The notes under the pieces: model-generated
The model's input: the letters and a program-made list of their open reading frames with translations, nothing else
Told to the model about the DNA's origin: nothing
The model's database searches: none
Translations under genes and position numbers: made by a program
Source: a virus
Lineage: Duplodnaviria > Caudoviricetes
Length of the DNA: 64,000 nucleotides
Reading direction: 5' to 3' (one strand)
IMG/VR virus record: IMGVR_UViG_3300027708_000016
Shown: piece after piece, positions 1 through 11,440 of the stretch
How positions within the stretch are numbered: position 1 is the stretch's first letter
Layout of the letters: every line of letters starts with the position of its first letter

Positions 1-732
1 TGTATGTTTAAAAATCTTTGATTCTTTTAACTTGAACATCTATTAAATTTAACAGATATGTAACATAAAGCAACAATAAAATTTATAGTTGACTTTTTTA
101 AATAAAAAATTTATAATTTAAATATGAAACTATTAATTTTATTACTTTTTACTATAATTTATGTTGTTGGGTCTCCGTTTCTAGTAATATGGAGCCTTAA
201 TAACCTTTTTAAGCTCAGTATAGAATTTTCTTATATAAACTGGCTTTCGGGTTTTGCACTACTTAGTGTATTAGATATGCTTTTAAATGGTTCCAAAAGA
301 ATATCAAAAAATTGATAAATATATGGTATGGAAAAGCTAGGTAAAATCAAAACTAATAAACTTTATACAAGATGTCTTAATCTAGCCAGAAGAAAACCAC
401 CTGAATTTTTTAATTTCAGAAAAATGAGGGGAACTCATGGTATTTGTAATTGGACGGATTTGGAATTCAATCCTTCGGGGGAATTACTATCAACTGCATA
501 CCACGAATGTATTCATTATCTTGAACCAGATTGGAGTGAAACTCAAGTAATATATGCAGAATCCAGAGTTAGAAACATTGTCACATACTTGGAACATGCA
601 AGATTTTTAAAATACATATCTATGAAACTTTACAAATCCGAACTCCAAAAGCATATTCTAAGCAAACCAAAAAAGAAAAAGAAAAAGCTCGCAACAATTA
701 AAAAAAACTAATACACTTACTAAGTAAACTTT

Positions 733-1704
733 ATGATATTCGAAGAACAAATAAGCCGCAAACCTAACAACTATCCTTGGACAGAAGAATTTATCGAAGC
801 AATGCACAATGGCTTCTGGACAGATAAAGAATTTAATTTTAAATCAGATGTTCAGCAGTTCAAAGTAAATTTGAATGATCAAGAAAGAGAAATTATCATT
901 CGTACTCTTTCTGCAATTGGACAAATTGAAATCGCAGTTAAAACATTTTGGGCAAAGCTCGGTGAGAATCTTCCGCATCCATCACTTTCTGATCTTGGTT
1001 ATGTGATGGCAAACGTAGAAGTTATTCACAATAATGCATACGAAAGATTAATTTCTGCCCTTGGGTTGGAAGATATTTTTGAAAAGAACCTAAAGCTAGA
1101 TTGGATCGAAGGGAGAGTGAAATATCTTAGAAAATATACTCACAGATTTTATAAAGATTCCAAGAAGCAATATCTATATGCCCTCATTTTATTCACATTA
1201 TTTGTTGAGAATGTTAGTTTGTTTTCTCAATTCTATGTTATTAATTGGTTTGCTCGTTTTAAGAACGTTCTTAAAGACACAGATCAACAAGTAAAATATA
1301 CTCGTAACGAAGAACAGATTCATGGTCTTGTTGGCACTAGAATCATTAATACAATTAGAGAAGAGTATCCAGAACTTTTTGATGCAGAACTTGAAGAGAA
1401 GATTGCACATGAAGCAAAAATGGCTTTTGAATCTGAATCAGAAATTGTAGATTGGATGGTTAATGGAATTAAGGAAGAAAACTTAACTGCTCCAATTCTT
1501 AAAGAATTTATCAAGAATCGTATTAATGATTCTCTCATTCAAATTAAATTCAAGCCTGTATTTGATGTTGATAAGGAAATTCTTAAGAAGACAATGTGGT
1601 TTCAAGAAGAACTTCTTGGAAATACGATGACTGACTTTTTTTTCCAAAAGCCAACCGAATACGCAAAAAAAGATCAGTGTTTTGATGAATCTGAATTATT
1701 TTAA
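733..1704 (+). CDS. nrdB: Ribonucleotide reductase class Ia beta subunit
   Basis: Ferritin-like diiron motifs (EIAVKTFW, EVIHNNAY, LFVENVSLFSQF, RNEEQIH); C-terminal DFF..KPTEY; adjacent to nrdA. Confidence 0.95.
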   Translation: MIFEEQISRKPNNYPWTEEFIEAMHNGFWTDKEFNFKSDVQQFKVNLNDQEREIIIRTLSAIGQIEIAVKTFWAKLGENLPHPSLSDLGYVMANVEVIHNNAYERLISALGLEDIFEKNLKLDWIEGRVKYLRKYTHRFYKDSKKQYLYALILFTLFVENVSLFSQFYVINWFARFKNVLKDTDQQVKYTRNEEQIHGLVGTRIINTIREEYPELFDAELEEKIAHEAKMAFESESEIVDWMVNGIKEENLTAPILKEFIKNRINDSLIQIKFKPVFDVDKEILKKTMWFQEELLGNTMTDFFFQKPTEYAKKDQCFDESELF

Positions 1705-1749
1705 GATTGCTATTCATTAGCAATTTGATAAGATAGATATATCAAATTT

Positions 1750-3426
1750 ATGAGTACCGAAACGCAGCAAACAGAGATTTATTGGCTTAACAAAGATTCT
1801 AGAAAATTCCTTCAAAGAGGTTATTTATTAGAGGATGAAACACCAGAACAAAGAATTTCTGACATTGCAAAAACAGCACAAAAACTTTTAGTAGAATTTA
1901 CAGGCGATACAAAGTTTGCAAAAAAGTTTGAGAATTATATGCACAGAGGATTTTATTCTCTTGCTTCTCCCATTTGGTCAAATTTTGGTCGTAAGAGAGG
2001 TCTTCCGATTTCTTGTTTTGGTTCTCATATTCCTGACACAATGGCAGGTATTTTAGAAAAAGTTGCAGAGGTTGGAATCATGACAAAGAATGGCGGTGGA
2101 ACATCTGCTTACTTTGGCAATCTTAGGGCAAGAGGTGAGGCAATTTCTTCTGGTGGTGAATCAACAGGATCAGTACATTTTATGGAGCTTTTTAATAAGC
2201 TCATGAGCGTTGTATCGCAAGGTAATGTTCGTAGAGGATCTTTTGCTGCGTATCTTCCAATTGATCATGGTGACATTGAAGAGTTTTTAAAAATTCGTGG
2301 AGAAGGAAACGAGATTCAGGATCTTTCAATCGGTGTTACTATTACCGATGAATGGATGAAGTCAATGCTTGATGGTGACAAAGAAAAAAGAAGAATTTGG
2401 GGTCTTGTACTCAAGAAAAGATTTGAGTCTGGTTATCCTTATATTTTCTTTACTGATAATGTAAACAAGCAAGCACCACAAGTTTATAAAGATAAGAAGA
2501 TGAAGATTACTCAATCTAATCTTTGCACAGAAATCATGCTTCCTAATAGTGAAGATGAATCATTTGTTTGTGATCTTTCTTCAATGAATCTTGAAAGATG
2601 GGAAGAGTGGAAGGATACTGATGCGGTAGAAACCATGATTTATTTCTTGGATGCAGTAATGTCAGAATTTATTGGAAAAACATATGGTATGGAGTTTATG
2701 GAAGCACCTCGTAAGTTTGCAATCAATCATCGTGCATTAGGTCTTGGTGTTCTTGGCTGGCATTCTTTATTGCAATCCGAGATGATTGCATTTGAGTCTA
2801 TGCAAGCAAAAATTCTTAATACAATTATCTGGAGAACTATTCGTGAGAGAGCAGATAAAGCAACCAAAGAACTTTCTGAATTAATTGGTGAACCAGAACT
2901 ACTTAAAGGTTATGGTCGTAGGAATACCACAACGCTTGCTGTAGCTCCTACAACGTCATCCTCATTCATTTTAGGTCAGGTTAGTCCATCTATCGAACCA
3001 AACAATAGTAACTATTATGTTAAGGATCTGGCTAAAGGAAAATTTTCATATAAGAATCCTTACCTCAAAAAACTCTTGAAAGAAAAAGGAAAGCATAATG
3101 ATGAAGTTTGGATGGATATTCTTAAGCATAGTGGATCAGTTCAGCATTTAGATTTCTTATCTCAAGAAGAGAAAGATGTATTCAAAACTTTTGAAGAAAC
3201 TTCACAAAAAGAAATTATCATTCAAGCTGCTTCTCGCCAAAAGTATATTGATCAAGGTCAAAGTTTAAATATGCTTATCCCTGCTGGTACACCACCAAAA
3301 GCAGTTAATGAACTTATTATTTTTGCTTGGGAGCAAGGTATTAAATCTCTTTATTATCAGAGATCAACTAATCCAGCAAAGGAACTTGCTCGTTCAATTA
3401 TGACTTGCAAATCCTGCGAAGCATAA
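1750..3426 (+). CDS. nrdA: Ribonucleotide reductase class I alpha subunit (short form, apparently no ATP cone)
   Basis: LPISCF, SNLCTEI catalytic motif, APTTSSS, KSLYY, C-terminal CKSCEA. Confidence 0.95.
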   Translation: MSTETQQTEIYWLNKDSRKFLQRGYLLEDETPEQRISDIAKTAQKLLVEFTGDTKFAKKFENYMHRGFYSLASPIWSNFGRKRGLPISCFGSHIPDTMAGILEKVAEVGIMTKNGGGTSAYFGNLRARGEAISSGGESTGSVHFMELFNKLMSVVSQGNVRRGSFAAYLPIDHGDIEEFLKIRGEGNEIQDLSIGVTITDEWMKSMLDGDKEKRRIWGLVLKKRFESGYPYIFFTDNVNKQAPQVYKDKKMKITQSNLCTEIMLPNSEDESFVCDLSSMNLERWEEWKDTDAVETMIYFLDAVMSEFIGKTYGMEFMEAPRKFAINHRALGLGVLGWHSLLQSEMIAFESMQAKILNTIIWRTIRERADKATKELSELIGEPELLKGYGRRNTTTLAVAPTTSSSFILGQVSPSIEPNNSNYYVKDLAKGKFSYKNPYLKKLLKEKGKHNDEVWMDILKHSGSVQHLDFLSQEEKDVFKTFEETSQKEIIIQAASRQKYIDQGQSLNMLIPAGTPPKAVNELIIFAWEQGIKSLYYQRSTNPAKELARSIMTCKSCEA

Positions 3427-3442
3427 GTATATTACAGTTTGT

Positions 3443-4021
3443 ATGAGTCATCTTAATAGGACAACCGTGCTCGTGCTTAATCGTAACTGGCAAGCAATCC
3501 ATGTAAAATCTCCAGCAGAAGCATTATCAATGATGTATACTGATAATGCTACTGGATTGGATATTTTAGGCGAGGATAATATGGTTCCTTATCGTTGGAA
3601 AGATTGGATTAATTTAACAAAAGATGAAACATCAGAATATGTTTCTACTGTTCGTGGAGAAATTAAAATACCAAAGGTTATTGTTCTTTGTAAGTTCGAC
3701 AGAGTACCTCTTAAACGCCCCAAATTCTCTCTAGGAGCCGTTTGGAATAGAGATGAGGGTATTTGTCAATATACGGGTAAAAAGCTTTCTAAAAACGAAG
3801 GTAACGTCGATCATATTATGCCAAGAAGTAGGGGTGGTAAAACTACATGGGATAATTGTGTTCTTACACATAAGGAAGTCAATGCAAAGAAAGCTGATAG
3901 AACACCAGAGGAAGCAGGATTAAAGCTTATTAAAAAGCCCTTAGCTCCAAAGTATATGCCATCTTCTCATTATATTAAGAATAAGCACAATATAAAAGAA
4001 TGGGAATTATTCCTCTCTTGA
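3443..4021 (+). CDS. HNH endonuclease (McrA-like, PVC-type N-terminus)
   Basis: VLVLNRNWQAIHV N-terminus; RDEGICQYTG, VDHIMPRSRGGKTTWDNCV, N.KKADRTPEEAG. Confidence 0.9.
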   Translation: MSHLNRTTVLVLNRNWQAIHVKSPAEALSMMYTDNATGLDILGEDNMVPYRWKDWINLTKDETSEYVSTVRGEIKIPKVIVLCKFDRVPLKRPKFSLGAVWNRDEGICQYTGKKLSKNEGNVDHIMPRSRGGKTTWDNCVLTHKEVNAKKADRTPEEAGLKLIKKPLAPKYMPSSHYIKNKHNIKEWELFLS

Positions 4022-4036
4022 GTGTAAATATTAAAT

Positions 4037-4525
4037 ATGAGAAATAAAGATACAATTTTATTAGAAGAAGCTTATGAACAAGTCTTAATAGAAGAAAACT
4101 GGAAAGGCTTATTAGCTTCAGCAGCAATGGCTTTATCTAATCTATTAGCACCGCAAGCTAATGCAGCACAAGGACCTAATTTAGTTCAACAAGCAGCTTC
4201 AAATATAGAACAAGCTTACACTCAATCTGCTCAAGGTGTTAGCAAAGGTACTAATAATGTAACATTCTATGACGCTGCTAAGAAAGATATCAATCAGCAG
4301 ATATCTCAGAAACTCGGTATACCAGTTGATCAAGTAGAATCTCGTCTCCATAATATATATAATTCAGATCCTGAAAAGTATAAAGGTTTGGAATTCTATT
4401 TCGGTAATGCGCCTGAGCTTAGAGATAATACTACTGCGTCAGTAAGGAATACTGACGCAGTAAGGAATACTGACGCAGTAAGCAATACTGATTCTATAGT
4501 TAATACAATATCTCAAGGTGGATAA
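4037..4525 (+). CDS. Hypothetical late protein with N-terminal EAY motif and NTDAVR repeats
   Basis: MRNKDTILLEEAYEQVLIEE; TAAATA upstream; three 18-nt repeats at about 4447-4500. Confidence 0.7.
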   Translation: MRNKDTILLEEAYEQVLIEENWKGLLASAAMALSNLLAPQANAAQGPNLVQQAASNIEQAYTQSAQGVSKGTNNVTFYDAAKKDINQQISQKLGIPVDQVESRLHNIYNSDPEKYKGLEFYFGNAPELRDNTTASVRNTDAVRNTDAVSNTDSIVNTISQGG

Positions 4526-4530
4526 TTATA

Positions 4531-4902
4531 ATGAACTTTGATATAATTTTAGAAGCAATTAAAAAAGACATGGGTGTTGAGGATAAATTTGATGAATTTC
4601 TCAACAAACGTAAAGCTGGTGCTGAAAAATTAGAAGCACAGACAAGAAAAAAAGGTGGTTATTCTTTACTCACTGCCATCCATTATGCTGCTAAAGAAAA
4701 ACCATACGCTGATGCCTTAAAATGGCAAAACAAGGAAGGTAAAGAAAAACATTTTAAAGAAAAAGCAGAAGAAATTTATAAGAAATTAGCTGATCTAGAT
4801 TCGTTAACCCAACGAGAATTTCAAGATCTTATGGGTAGACTAGAAGTATATGGTGAGGTTTACATTCGTGCTACAAAGCCTAATAGTATTAAGCTTGATT
4901 AA
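4531..4902 (+). CDS. Hypothetical protein
   Basis: Clean ORF co-oriented with neighbours. Confidence 0.6.
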   Translation: MNFDIILEAIKKDMGVEDKFDEFLNKRKAGAEKLEAQTRKKGGYSLLTAIHYAAKEKPYADALKWQNKEGKEKHFKEKAEEIYKKLADLDSLTQREFQDLMGRLEVYGEVYIRATKPNSIKLD

Positions 4903-4928
4903 TTTTTAAAAACATCTATAATATATAG

Positions 4929-5330
4929 ATGACTTGGGAACAATACGCTCTTAAACTTGCAGAAGTTGCTGCACACAAATCTAAAGATCCTTGGCAAACC
5001 GTAGGATGTTGTCTTCTAAGGCATGATAATAGTGTTGCATCGTTAGGTTATAATGGTTTCCCTGCTGGAATGCAAGAAGATTGGAATGATAGAGATGAAC
5101 GCAGAAAGTATGTTGTTCATTCAGAGATTAATGCATTAAGATACGTAAAGCCCAATGAGTGCTATTTAGCGGCAACAACTTTATTACCTTGTAATGATTG
5201 TTTAAAATCTCTTGCTGCTTATGGTATCAAAAAAATTGTCTATAAAGACCTTTATAAATTTGACCCATCAACTCTTGAACTTGCTAAAAAATTCGGAATT
5301 GAATTAATCAATATCGTGACGGTAGACTAA
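4929..5330 (+). CDS. dCMP deaminase
   Basis: KSKDPWQTVGC, GYNGFPAG, HSEINAL, PCNDC zinc motifs. Confidence 0.92.
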   Translation: MTWEQYALKLAEVAAHKSKDPWQTVGCCLLRHDNSVASLGYNGFPAGMQEDWNDRDERRKYVVHSEINALRYVKPNECYLAATTLLPCNDCLKSLAAYGIKKIVYKDLYKFDPSTLELAKKFGIELINIVTVD

Positions 5331-5354
5331 TACGTTAGCTACCTTATCTGATTT

Positions 5355-5603
5355 TTAGGCTTTACCTATAAGACTTTTTGCTTTTCTGATAAGGTCAGAA
5401 ATAAAAGGAATTAAATCCACCACATCACCTTCATCAACTTTTTTTACAGCATCTGTGATATTATCAATTGATGTTTCAAGATTGGCAGAATTTGCTGACG
5501 GGGTTTCCTCTGGTGGTGTTGGTGTAACTTCGGATGAATTAACTTCGTTTGAAGTAACTTCATCATAGGCTTCCATTAAATTAAGGATATCCTTTTTATT
5601 CAT
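5355..5603 (-). CDS. Hypothetical late protein with EAY motif
   Basis: MNKKDILNLMEAYDEV; TAAATA upstream. Confidence 0.6.
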   Translation of the reverse strand: MNKKDILNLMEAYDEVTSNEVNSSEVTPTPPEETPSANSANLETSIDNITDAVKKVDEGDVVDLIPFISDLIRKAKSLIGKA

Positions 5604-5847
5604 ATGGAATATTTACCCACACGAATACCAAAATTAGAAATTTATTTTAAATGTTGTATATGTTCTTACTCTACTAATGCTATTAAAATTATTATAATCA
5701 ATAAAATTTTCCCCACTTAATAGTATCGATTTCGATACCTTTAACCCATAAAGATTTTCTAATTTTTCTCTTGCTATTTCTTTATCTTGTAATCCAATAT
5801 AGTTTATACTATTAGTATCTGCAAAACAAACACTTACAAATAATAAA

Positions 5848-6243
5848 CTACATACGAGAAATAATTTCATGAAATTCCCTAGGGATAATTACATTACTTG
5901 GGTAATTTTTAAACATAGGTGCAACATCTTCTGGTGTCCATCCTGCTAATCCGCAACCAACAGGCGTTAAAAGAAAAGTTTTATCGGGATTTTCTTTGGC
6001 AAAATCCAAAAAATCAATTATATGTCCTTGAATTTCAGTTAAAGGAAGAGTCCATATATTTTCATCTTTAGTAGGAAGAGCATAACATCTTCCTGTCATT
6101 CCAATACCGACTCCAAACTTTGCACCAAATACTTTATGTGCAAATCTTGCTGCTCCTGCTCCATGTATTCCAGCAAGATTGCTTCCAAATACAAATACTT
6201 CATTAGGTTTAAGTTCTATTATGTGATCAGGAGTATATTTCAT
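5848..6243 (-). CDS. A1S_2505-family phage protein (macro-domain-like)
   Basis: VFVFGSNLAGIHGAGAA, YALPTK, VGCGLAG signature. Confidence 0.85.
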   Translation of the reverse strand: MKYTPDHIIELKPNEVFVFGSNLAGIHGAGAARFAHKVFGAKFGVGIGMTGRCYALPTKDENIWTLPLTEIQGHIIDFLDFAKENPDKTFLLTPVGCGLAGWTPEDVAPMFKNYPSNVIIPREFHEIISRM

Positions 6244-7223
6244 ATTTTTTTAAAAACAAATGTTGGCTCGTATTTAAATCCGCCTTTTGTGATACTGGAT
6301 AGTTGGAGTTTAAGAGTTTCAATCAATGTAAAGCCTTCTTCTTGTGCAATTCTAACTGTATCATCTTCCAAGGTTTTATGACTGATTACATTTGCTACAT
6401 TGAGTATCATATGACCATTCCATTTAAGACAACTATAGCAGTTTTGTATCGTCTTACGCAAGAAGTTTTCATTCCAAGAATCAACATTATCATAGGCTAA
6501 ATAACTCTGTGTTGCTTCGTCTGAATACTTTTCAGTATTAAAATAAGGAGGAGAGGTAAAACATAAATCTACATCTTGAGAGAATATAAACTGGTCTTCG
6601 CTACCTCTTTTTTGAATCAATGAATACATTCCTGCGTATTGAAAATCTTTCTGCATTTGTTGTAACCCATTAAAGGTTTCTGTACTGGGATCAGAGCCAT
6701 AATAGAACCTAACAGCACCACTTACCAATGCCCCTAGATATCTACCACCAAAGCCACAAGACATATCCCAAACAACTCCACCACCTGCATAGGTTTGGTA
6801 AATTGCTGCTGCTGCTGACGGTCTGAAGTTTGATACAGCTTGAACACCAGAATAACTTCTGATTGCTTTTCTGATTTGAGAATCTGTCATCGAACCATCG
6901 GGTTTAAGCATGGGAAACCCTCCCCTTTTTAATCTTCTTTCAACGGCTTTTTTAAGTAGATCTTTGTTCTCAAAAACTTCCATAGGAGTTTTCATATTGC
7001 GAGTCTTCACACTCCATGCATGAGGAAAGTATGACCATGCCAATCCCAAACCGTGCATGGTTTGTCTTATCACACCCCCTTGAATAATTTTTGATATATC
7101 ATATTTTTTGATTTTCTCTAATTCTCTTTTCTTTTCATCTAAAGAGAATTCATAGTAAGGAAATCCCCTGCTTAATACATAAGCATAGGCTGTATCCAAA
7201 ACATTACTATCAAATGTGTACAT
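6240..7223 (-). CDS. DNA amino-methyltransferase (m6A/m4C)
   Basis: DMSCGFGGR (motif I) and FTSPPYF (motif IV). Confidence 0.85.
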   Translation of the reverse strand: MYTFDSNVLDTAYAYVLSRGFPYYEFSLDEKKRELEKIKKYDISKIIQGGVIRQTMHGLGLAWSYFPHAWSVKTRNMKTPMEVFENKDLLKKAVERRLKRGGFPMLKPDGSMTDSQIRKAIRSYSGVQAVSNFRPSAAAAIYQTYAGGGVVWDMSCGFGGRYLGALVSGAVRFYYGSDPSTETFNGLQQMQKDFQYAGMYSLIQKRGSEDQFIFSQDVDLCFTSPPYFNTEKYSDEATQSYLAYDNVDSWNENFLRKTIQNCYSCLKWNGHMILNVANVISHKTLEDDTVRIAQEEGFTLIETLKLQLSSITKGGFKYEPTFVFKKI

Positions 7224-7388
7224 TATCCTTTGATATCAAATTGGGATTAGATTCAATAAGTCTAGAAATTATACTGATAATATCTCTAGGTGTAAAGGAA
7301 GAAACCCAATCACATTCTTCACAGATATGATCAACCTCTTCCATATAAAGCTTATAAAGCCTTTCTCTCTCTATCAATTGCTATATTT

Positions 7389-7691
7389 TCAAACATTTTT
7401 ATCTTCCTCCTCAATGTATTTTTTTAAGAGATCTGTTATAATGTCATTTACAGAAATATCTTTATCGCAAGATTCCTTAATAAGCATTTTGAGGACTTCT
7501 ACTGGAAAATCATCCAATTCAATTTCTATTTTTTTATATGGTATAAGCTCAACAGATCCATCATCATGTGTTTTAAATGTAAACTTTTGACCTTTTTCCC
7601 ATCCAAACTCTTTTAGTTCCTCTTCCGTAAATTGAATATAAACATCATCAGAACGTAATACGGATTTTATAAATGTTTTATTTCTTTTCAT
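7389..7691 (-). CDS. AbrB/MazE-like small DNA-binding protein
   Basis: YIQFTEEELKEFGWEKGQKFTF..DDGSVELIP pattern typical of swapped-hairpin proteins. Confidence 0.5.
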   Translation of the reverse strand: MKRNKTFIKSVLRSDDVYIQFTEEELKEFGWEKGQKFTFKTHDDGSVELIPYKKIEIELDDFPVEVLKMLIKESCDKDISVNDIITDLLKKYIEEEDKNV

Positions 7692-8223
7692 TATATGATT
7701 CTATCAATTTTTCAAACGGATGCAAGTTTTTATTATCAACAAAATATGCAGGTTTTTGATTGAACGGGTTATTCGTTTTGGAAAATTTTGTATTACCAAA
7801 AGACAATTCTGTAACTTCTACAGCATCTTTACCGACAATCCAACCCATAATCTCAACCTCAACGGTGTTTGTCACATCAAGATTAACCCGTGTGTAAACA
7901 TATTTTCTTGAAAGATCATCATTATCCCTCAATATTAATTTTTTAAAAGATTTATCAATGCTTGATCTGACTTCAATATCTGGTTCGATGTCAGGAACCC
8001 GATGATAAACCCCAACCTTTGGTTTGAAGTTTTTTATACCAAGTGCACGGGCAACAGCAAATTCACCAGAACAACCCACAAGTTGATTTTCTATTTGATA
8101 TTCTATGGGTTTCCATCCACTATATCTATTAGCATTTAAACCTTTCTTTTCGGAATCTTTAAGGAATTCCAATGCTGATTCCTTTATCCTTTTGTATTCT
8201 TCTTCAGTAAAACGAATTTTCAT
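7678..8223 (-). CDS. Conserved phage protein, possible PD-(D/E)XK fold
   Basis: GCSGEFAVA...PDI..DIEVRS motif. Confidence 0.45.
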   Translation of the reverse strand: MKIRFTEEEYKRIKESALEFLKDSEKKGLNANRYSGWKPIEYQIENQLVGCSGEFAVARALGIKNFKPKVGVYHRVPDIEPDIEVRSSIDKSFKKLILRDNDDLSRKYVYTRVNLDVTNTVEVEIMGWIVGKDAVEVTELSFGNTKFSKTNNPFNQKPAYFVDNKNLHPFEKLIESYNEKK

Positions 8224-8520
8224 AAATCATTTTTATTCTTTTTTGCGTCCTTATAATCTTTCTTTATATCATTTATAGTTTCTTGTTTAAGAACATTGAA
8301 TTTTTTCTTAAATTCTTCATAATTCGTTAGATCATTGAATCTAAATTCAGGTCTATTTTTTGGTTTTTTTTCTGGATGGAAAAAATTGGTGTATATTGCT
8401 AGGACTGCAACAATCACAACTGCTGCAATAATTGTTTTAAAAGCACCAGTAATGATTTTTTCAACTATCCATATTGAACCAAGTATTAAAATTATAGTTA
8501 ATAGAATTTCTAAAGGATTA

Positions 8521-9084
8521 TTAAAGTTCATGAATCCTATTATATATTATATTAACAGCTTTGTCAACTGTCATTTCACCATGATAAGGACTTTTGGGTG
8601 TTATCCAGATTTCTGGATTTATTGGTGCTTCATAAGGAGAATCAATACCAGTAAAATCTTTAATCTCTCCTGCACGAGCTTTCTTATACAAACCTTTAGG
8701 ATCTCTTTCCTCGCAGACTTCTAATGGTGTGTCCATATGAACCTCAATAAATCTTGCATCACAATATTTCTGCAATATTTCTCTTGCATTATCTCTCATG
8801 CATTTAAGTGGAGAAATCATTGCAACAATAACAAGATTAGTATTTTGGAAAGTAAGCATGTTTTTTGTCATATAAATAGCTTCCGATACCATTCTTTGTC
8901 TACTTGTCATATCAAACCCAATAGGCTTATCACGATTTGCTCTTATTGCATCACCATCAACTAATCCTGTTCTGAATTGAAATATACACTTCTCATACAA
9001 AGCAGTAGCAACAGTAGTCTTTCCAGCACCTGATAAACCTGTCAGCCATACAACAGTTGGTTTCATTTTAGTATTTTTTTCCAT
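8521..9084 (-). CDS. cysC: Adenylyl-sulfate (APS) kinase
   Basis: VVWLTGLSGAGKTT, DGDAIR, ISP, CEERDPKGLYKKARAGEIKDFTGIDSPYEAP. Confidence 0.95.
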   Translation of the reverse strand: MEKNTKMKPTVVWLTGLSGAGKTTVATALYEKCIFQFRTGLVDGDAIRANRDKPIGFDMTSRQRMVSEAIYMTKNMLTFQNTNLVIVAMISPLKCMRDNAREILQKYCDARFIEVHMDTPLEVCEERDPKGLYKKARAGEIKDFTGIDSPYEAPINPEIWITPKSPYHGEMTVDKAVNIIYNRIHEL

Positions 9085-9552
9085 ATTAACCCATATCCCA
9101 TATATATGCCTCTTTATCTTTTCTCTCTACCTGTTCAAGCTCTCTAGGAATTTTTTCTTTCATTAAAAAATCTAATATAAAATATATACACCATTCTAGT
9201 ATTTTATCAAAAGTTTTCATATTAATATTCAATCCTAAACCAAAGCCATTCGACAAATTTTCTTAATTTACCACATCTTGTATCCATTACATAGTAAGAG
9301 TCAGGCTTGGATCTAAAATCTGTTATATAAAATTTCATTTGTTTAAATCTAAATTGTATTCTTTCATTAGTCTCCAAAGCTCATCTCTTACCTTTGCCAT
9401 TGTATCAGTAAGAATAGGATCTTCTCTATCGGATGGATACTTGACAAAGTTTCTAAGATATTGATCTAAATCCCAAATAACAGAATAATACTTTGAAGCA
9501 TTATTAGCTGTTTCAAACTCATCTTGTTCTTCAGGGAGGTTATACTCTATGT

Positions 9553-10482
9553 TTACTTTTGGCATAATATAAAATCATTATACGCTAGTTTTATACCTTC
9601 TTCAAGATTTATTTTTGGTTTCCATCCTGTTTTAAATATCTCTGAACTATCTAAAAGCTTACGAGGTGTACCATCAGGTTTTGTTTTATCCCAAATAATT
9701 GTTCCTTTATATTCCACAACGCTTGCAACAATTTCTGTTAGTTCTTTAATTGTAACATCAGAACCATAACCAACATTAATCCAATCTAACGGATCTTTAA
9801 TTAAAAGACTTGTTAAGATAGCTTCAGCTAAATCATCTGCACAAAGAAACTCTCTACTAGCACTACCAGTACCCCATGCTGTTACTGTTGGAGAGTTGTT
9901 TATTTTTGCTTCATGAAATCTTCTAATAAGAGCAGGTAATACATGAGAGTTTTCTGGATGATAGTTATCTCCTATACCATAAAGATTAGTTGGCATTAAT
10001 GAATGAAACATCACACCATATTGTTTACGATAGTATTGACAGAGTTTAAGACCTGCAATCTTTGCAATAGCATATGCTTCATTAGTTGGTTCCAAAGAAG
10101 ATGATAACAGACAATCCTCTTTCATTGGTTGTTCCGCATGTTTTGGGTAGATACAGGAACTACCTAAAAATAAAAATCTCTTCACATTATTTTTATATGC
10201 TGCATGAATTGTATTAGAAGTAATCGCCAAATTATCATAAATGAATTCCGCAGGATATGTATTGTTTGCATGAATACCTCCAACCTTTGCTGCTGCCATG
10301 ATAACAACATCAAGGAGATTTTCAGCAAAGAAATTATTAACAGCTGTCTGATTAGTAAGATCTAATTCATCACGAGATTTAGTTATGATATTACTATAAC
10401 CTTTTTCTTTAAGTAAACGAACCACAGCTGAACCAACCAAACCTTTGTGACCTGCTACATATATTTTAGAATTGAGATTCAT
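9553..10482 (-). CDS. fcl: GDP-L-fucose synthase
   Basis: [52 protein letters not shown]. Confidence 0.95.
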   Translation of the reverse strand: MNLNSKIYVAGHKGLVGSAVVRLLKEKGYSNIITKSRDELDLTNQTAVNNFFAENLLDVVIMAAAKVGGIHANNTYPAEFIYDNLAITSNTIHAAYKNNVKRFLFLGSSCIYPKHAEQPMKEDCLLSSSLEPTNEAYAIAKIAGLKLCQYYRKQYGVMFHSLMPTNLYGIGDNYHPENSHVLPALIRRFHEAKINNSPTVTAWGTGSASREFLCADDLAEAILTSLLIKDPLDWINVGYGSDVTIKELTEIVASVVEYKGTIIWDKTKPDGTPRKLLDSSEIFKTGWKPKINLEEGIKLAYNDFILCQK

Positions 10483-11440
10483 GTTTTGCTAATTTTAAAT
10501 CTGCTTCTGTCATAATTTTGACAAGCTCTTTAAATTTGACTTTTGGCTCCCACCCAATCTGTCTTTTGAGTTTTGATGGATCACCGATAAGAAGATCAAC
10601 TTCCGCTGGTCTCTCGTATCTTTGATCATACTTTACATATTCCTTCCAATCAAGATCAAGCAAGCCAAAACATTCTTCACAGAATTCTTTAATTGTATGT
10701 GTCTCATTGGTAGCGCAGACATAATCATCTGGATTATCTTGTTGAAGCATGAGCCACATCACCTCTGCATATTCTTTTGCATACCCCCAATCTCTTTTTG
10801 CATCTAAATTACCAAGATAAAGATCTTTCTGTAATCCCATTTTAATTCTGGTTGCAGCACGGGTAATTTTTCTAGTAACAAAAGTTTCACCACGACGAGG
10901 CGATTCGTGATTAAAAAGAATACCATTGGAAGCATGGATACCATATGACTCTCTATAATTAACGGTCAACCAATATGCAAACACCTTTGCGCAGCCATAT
11001 GGAGAACGAGGGTGAAATGGTGTGGTTTCAATCTGTGGCACTTCATGAACCTTACCAAACATTTCAGAAGATGATGCTTGGTAATAACGAATACCCTTTG
11101 AGTTTGTTTCTTTAATGGCTTCAAGTAATCTTATTGTACTAAGACCAGTTACATCACCAGTATATTCTGGAATATCAAAAGATACTCTCACATGACTCTG
11201 TGCTCCAAGATTATAAACCTCATCAGGTTGCAGATCATATAACAATCTTGTCAATTGAGATGAATCTGATAGATCACCATAATGTAAATGTAATTTATCA
11301 TATATATTTTCAATTCTCTGGGTATTAAAATTAGATGATCGACGGATTACACCATGAACCTCATAACCTTTATCAACCAAAAGTTCCGCCAGATATGATC
11401 CATCTTGACCCGTGATACCTGTAATTAATGCTTTAGGCAT
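10466..11440 (-). CDS. gmd: GDP-mannose 4,6-dehydratase
   Basis: [53 protein letters not shown]. Confidence 0.97.
   Translation of the reverse strand: MPKALITGITGQDGSYLAELLVDKGYEVHGVIRRSSNFNTQRIENIYDKLHLHYGDLSDSSQLTRLLYDLQPDEVYNLGAQSHVRVSFDIPEYTGDVTGLSTIRLLEAIKETNSKGIRYYQASSSEMFGKVHEVPQIETTPFHPRSPYGCAKVFAYWLTVNYRESYGIHASNGILFNHESPRRGETFVTRKITRAATRIKMGLQKDLYLGNLDAKRDWGYAKEYAEVMWLMLQQDNPDDYVCATNETHTIKEFCEECFGLLDLDWKEYVKYDQRYERPAEVDLLIGDPSKLKRQIGWEPKVKFKELVKIMTEADLKLAKHESQF

Noticed and set aside
4447-4500. 18-nt tandem repeat as a regulatory array
   Set aside because: In-frame coding repeat (NTDAVR) of only three units
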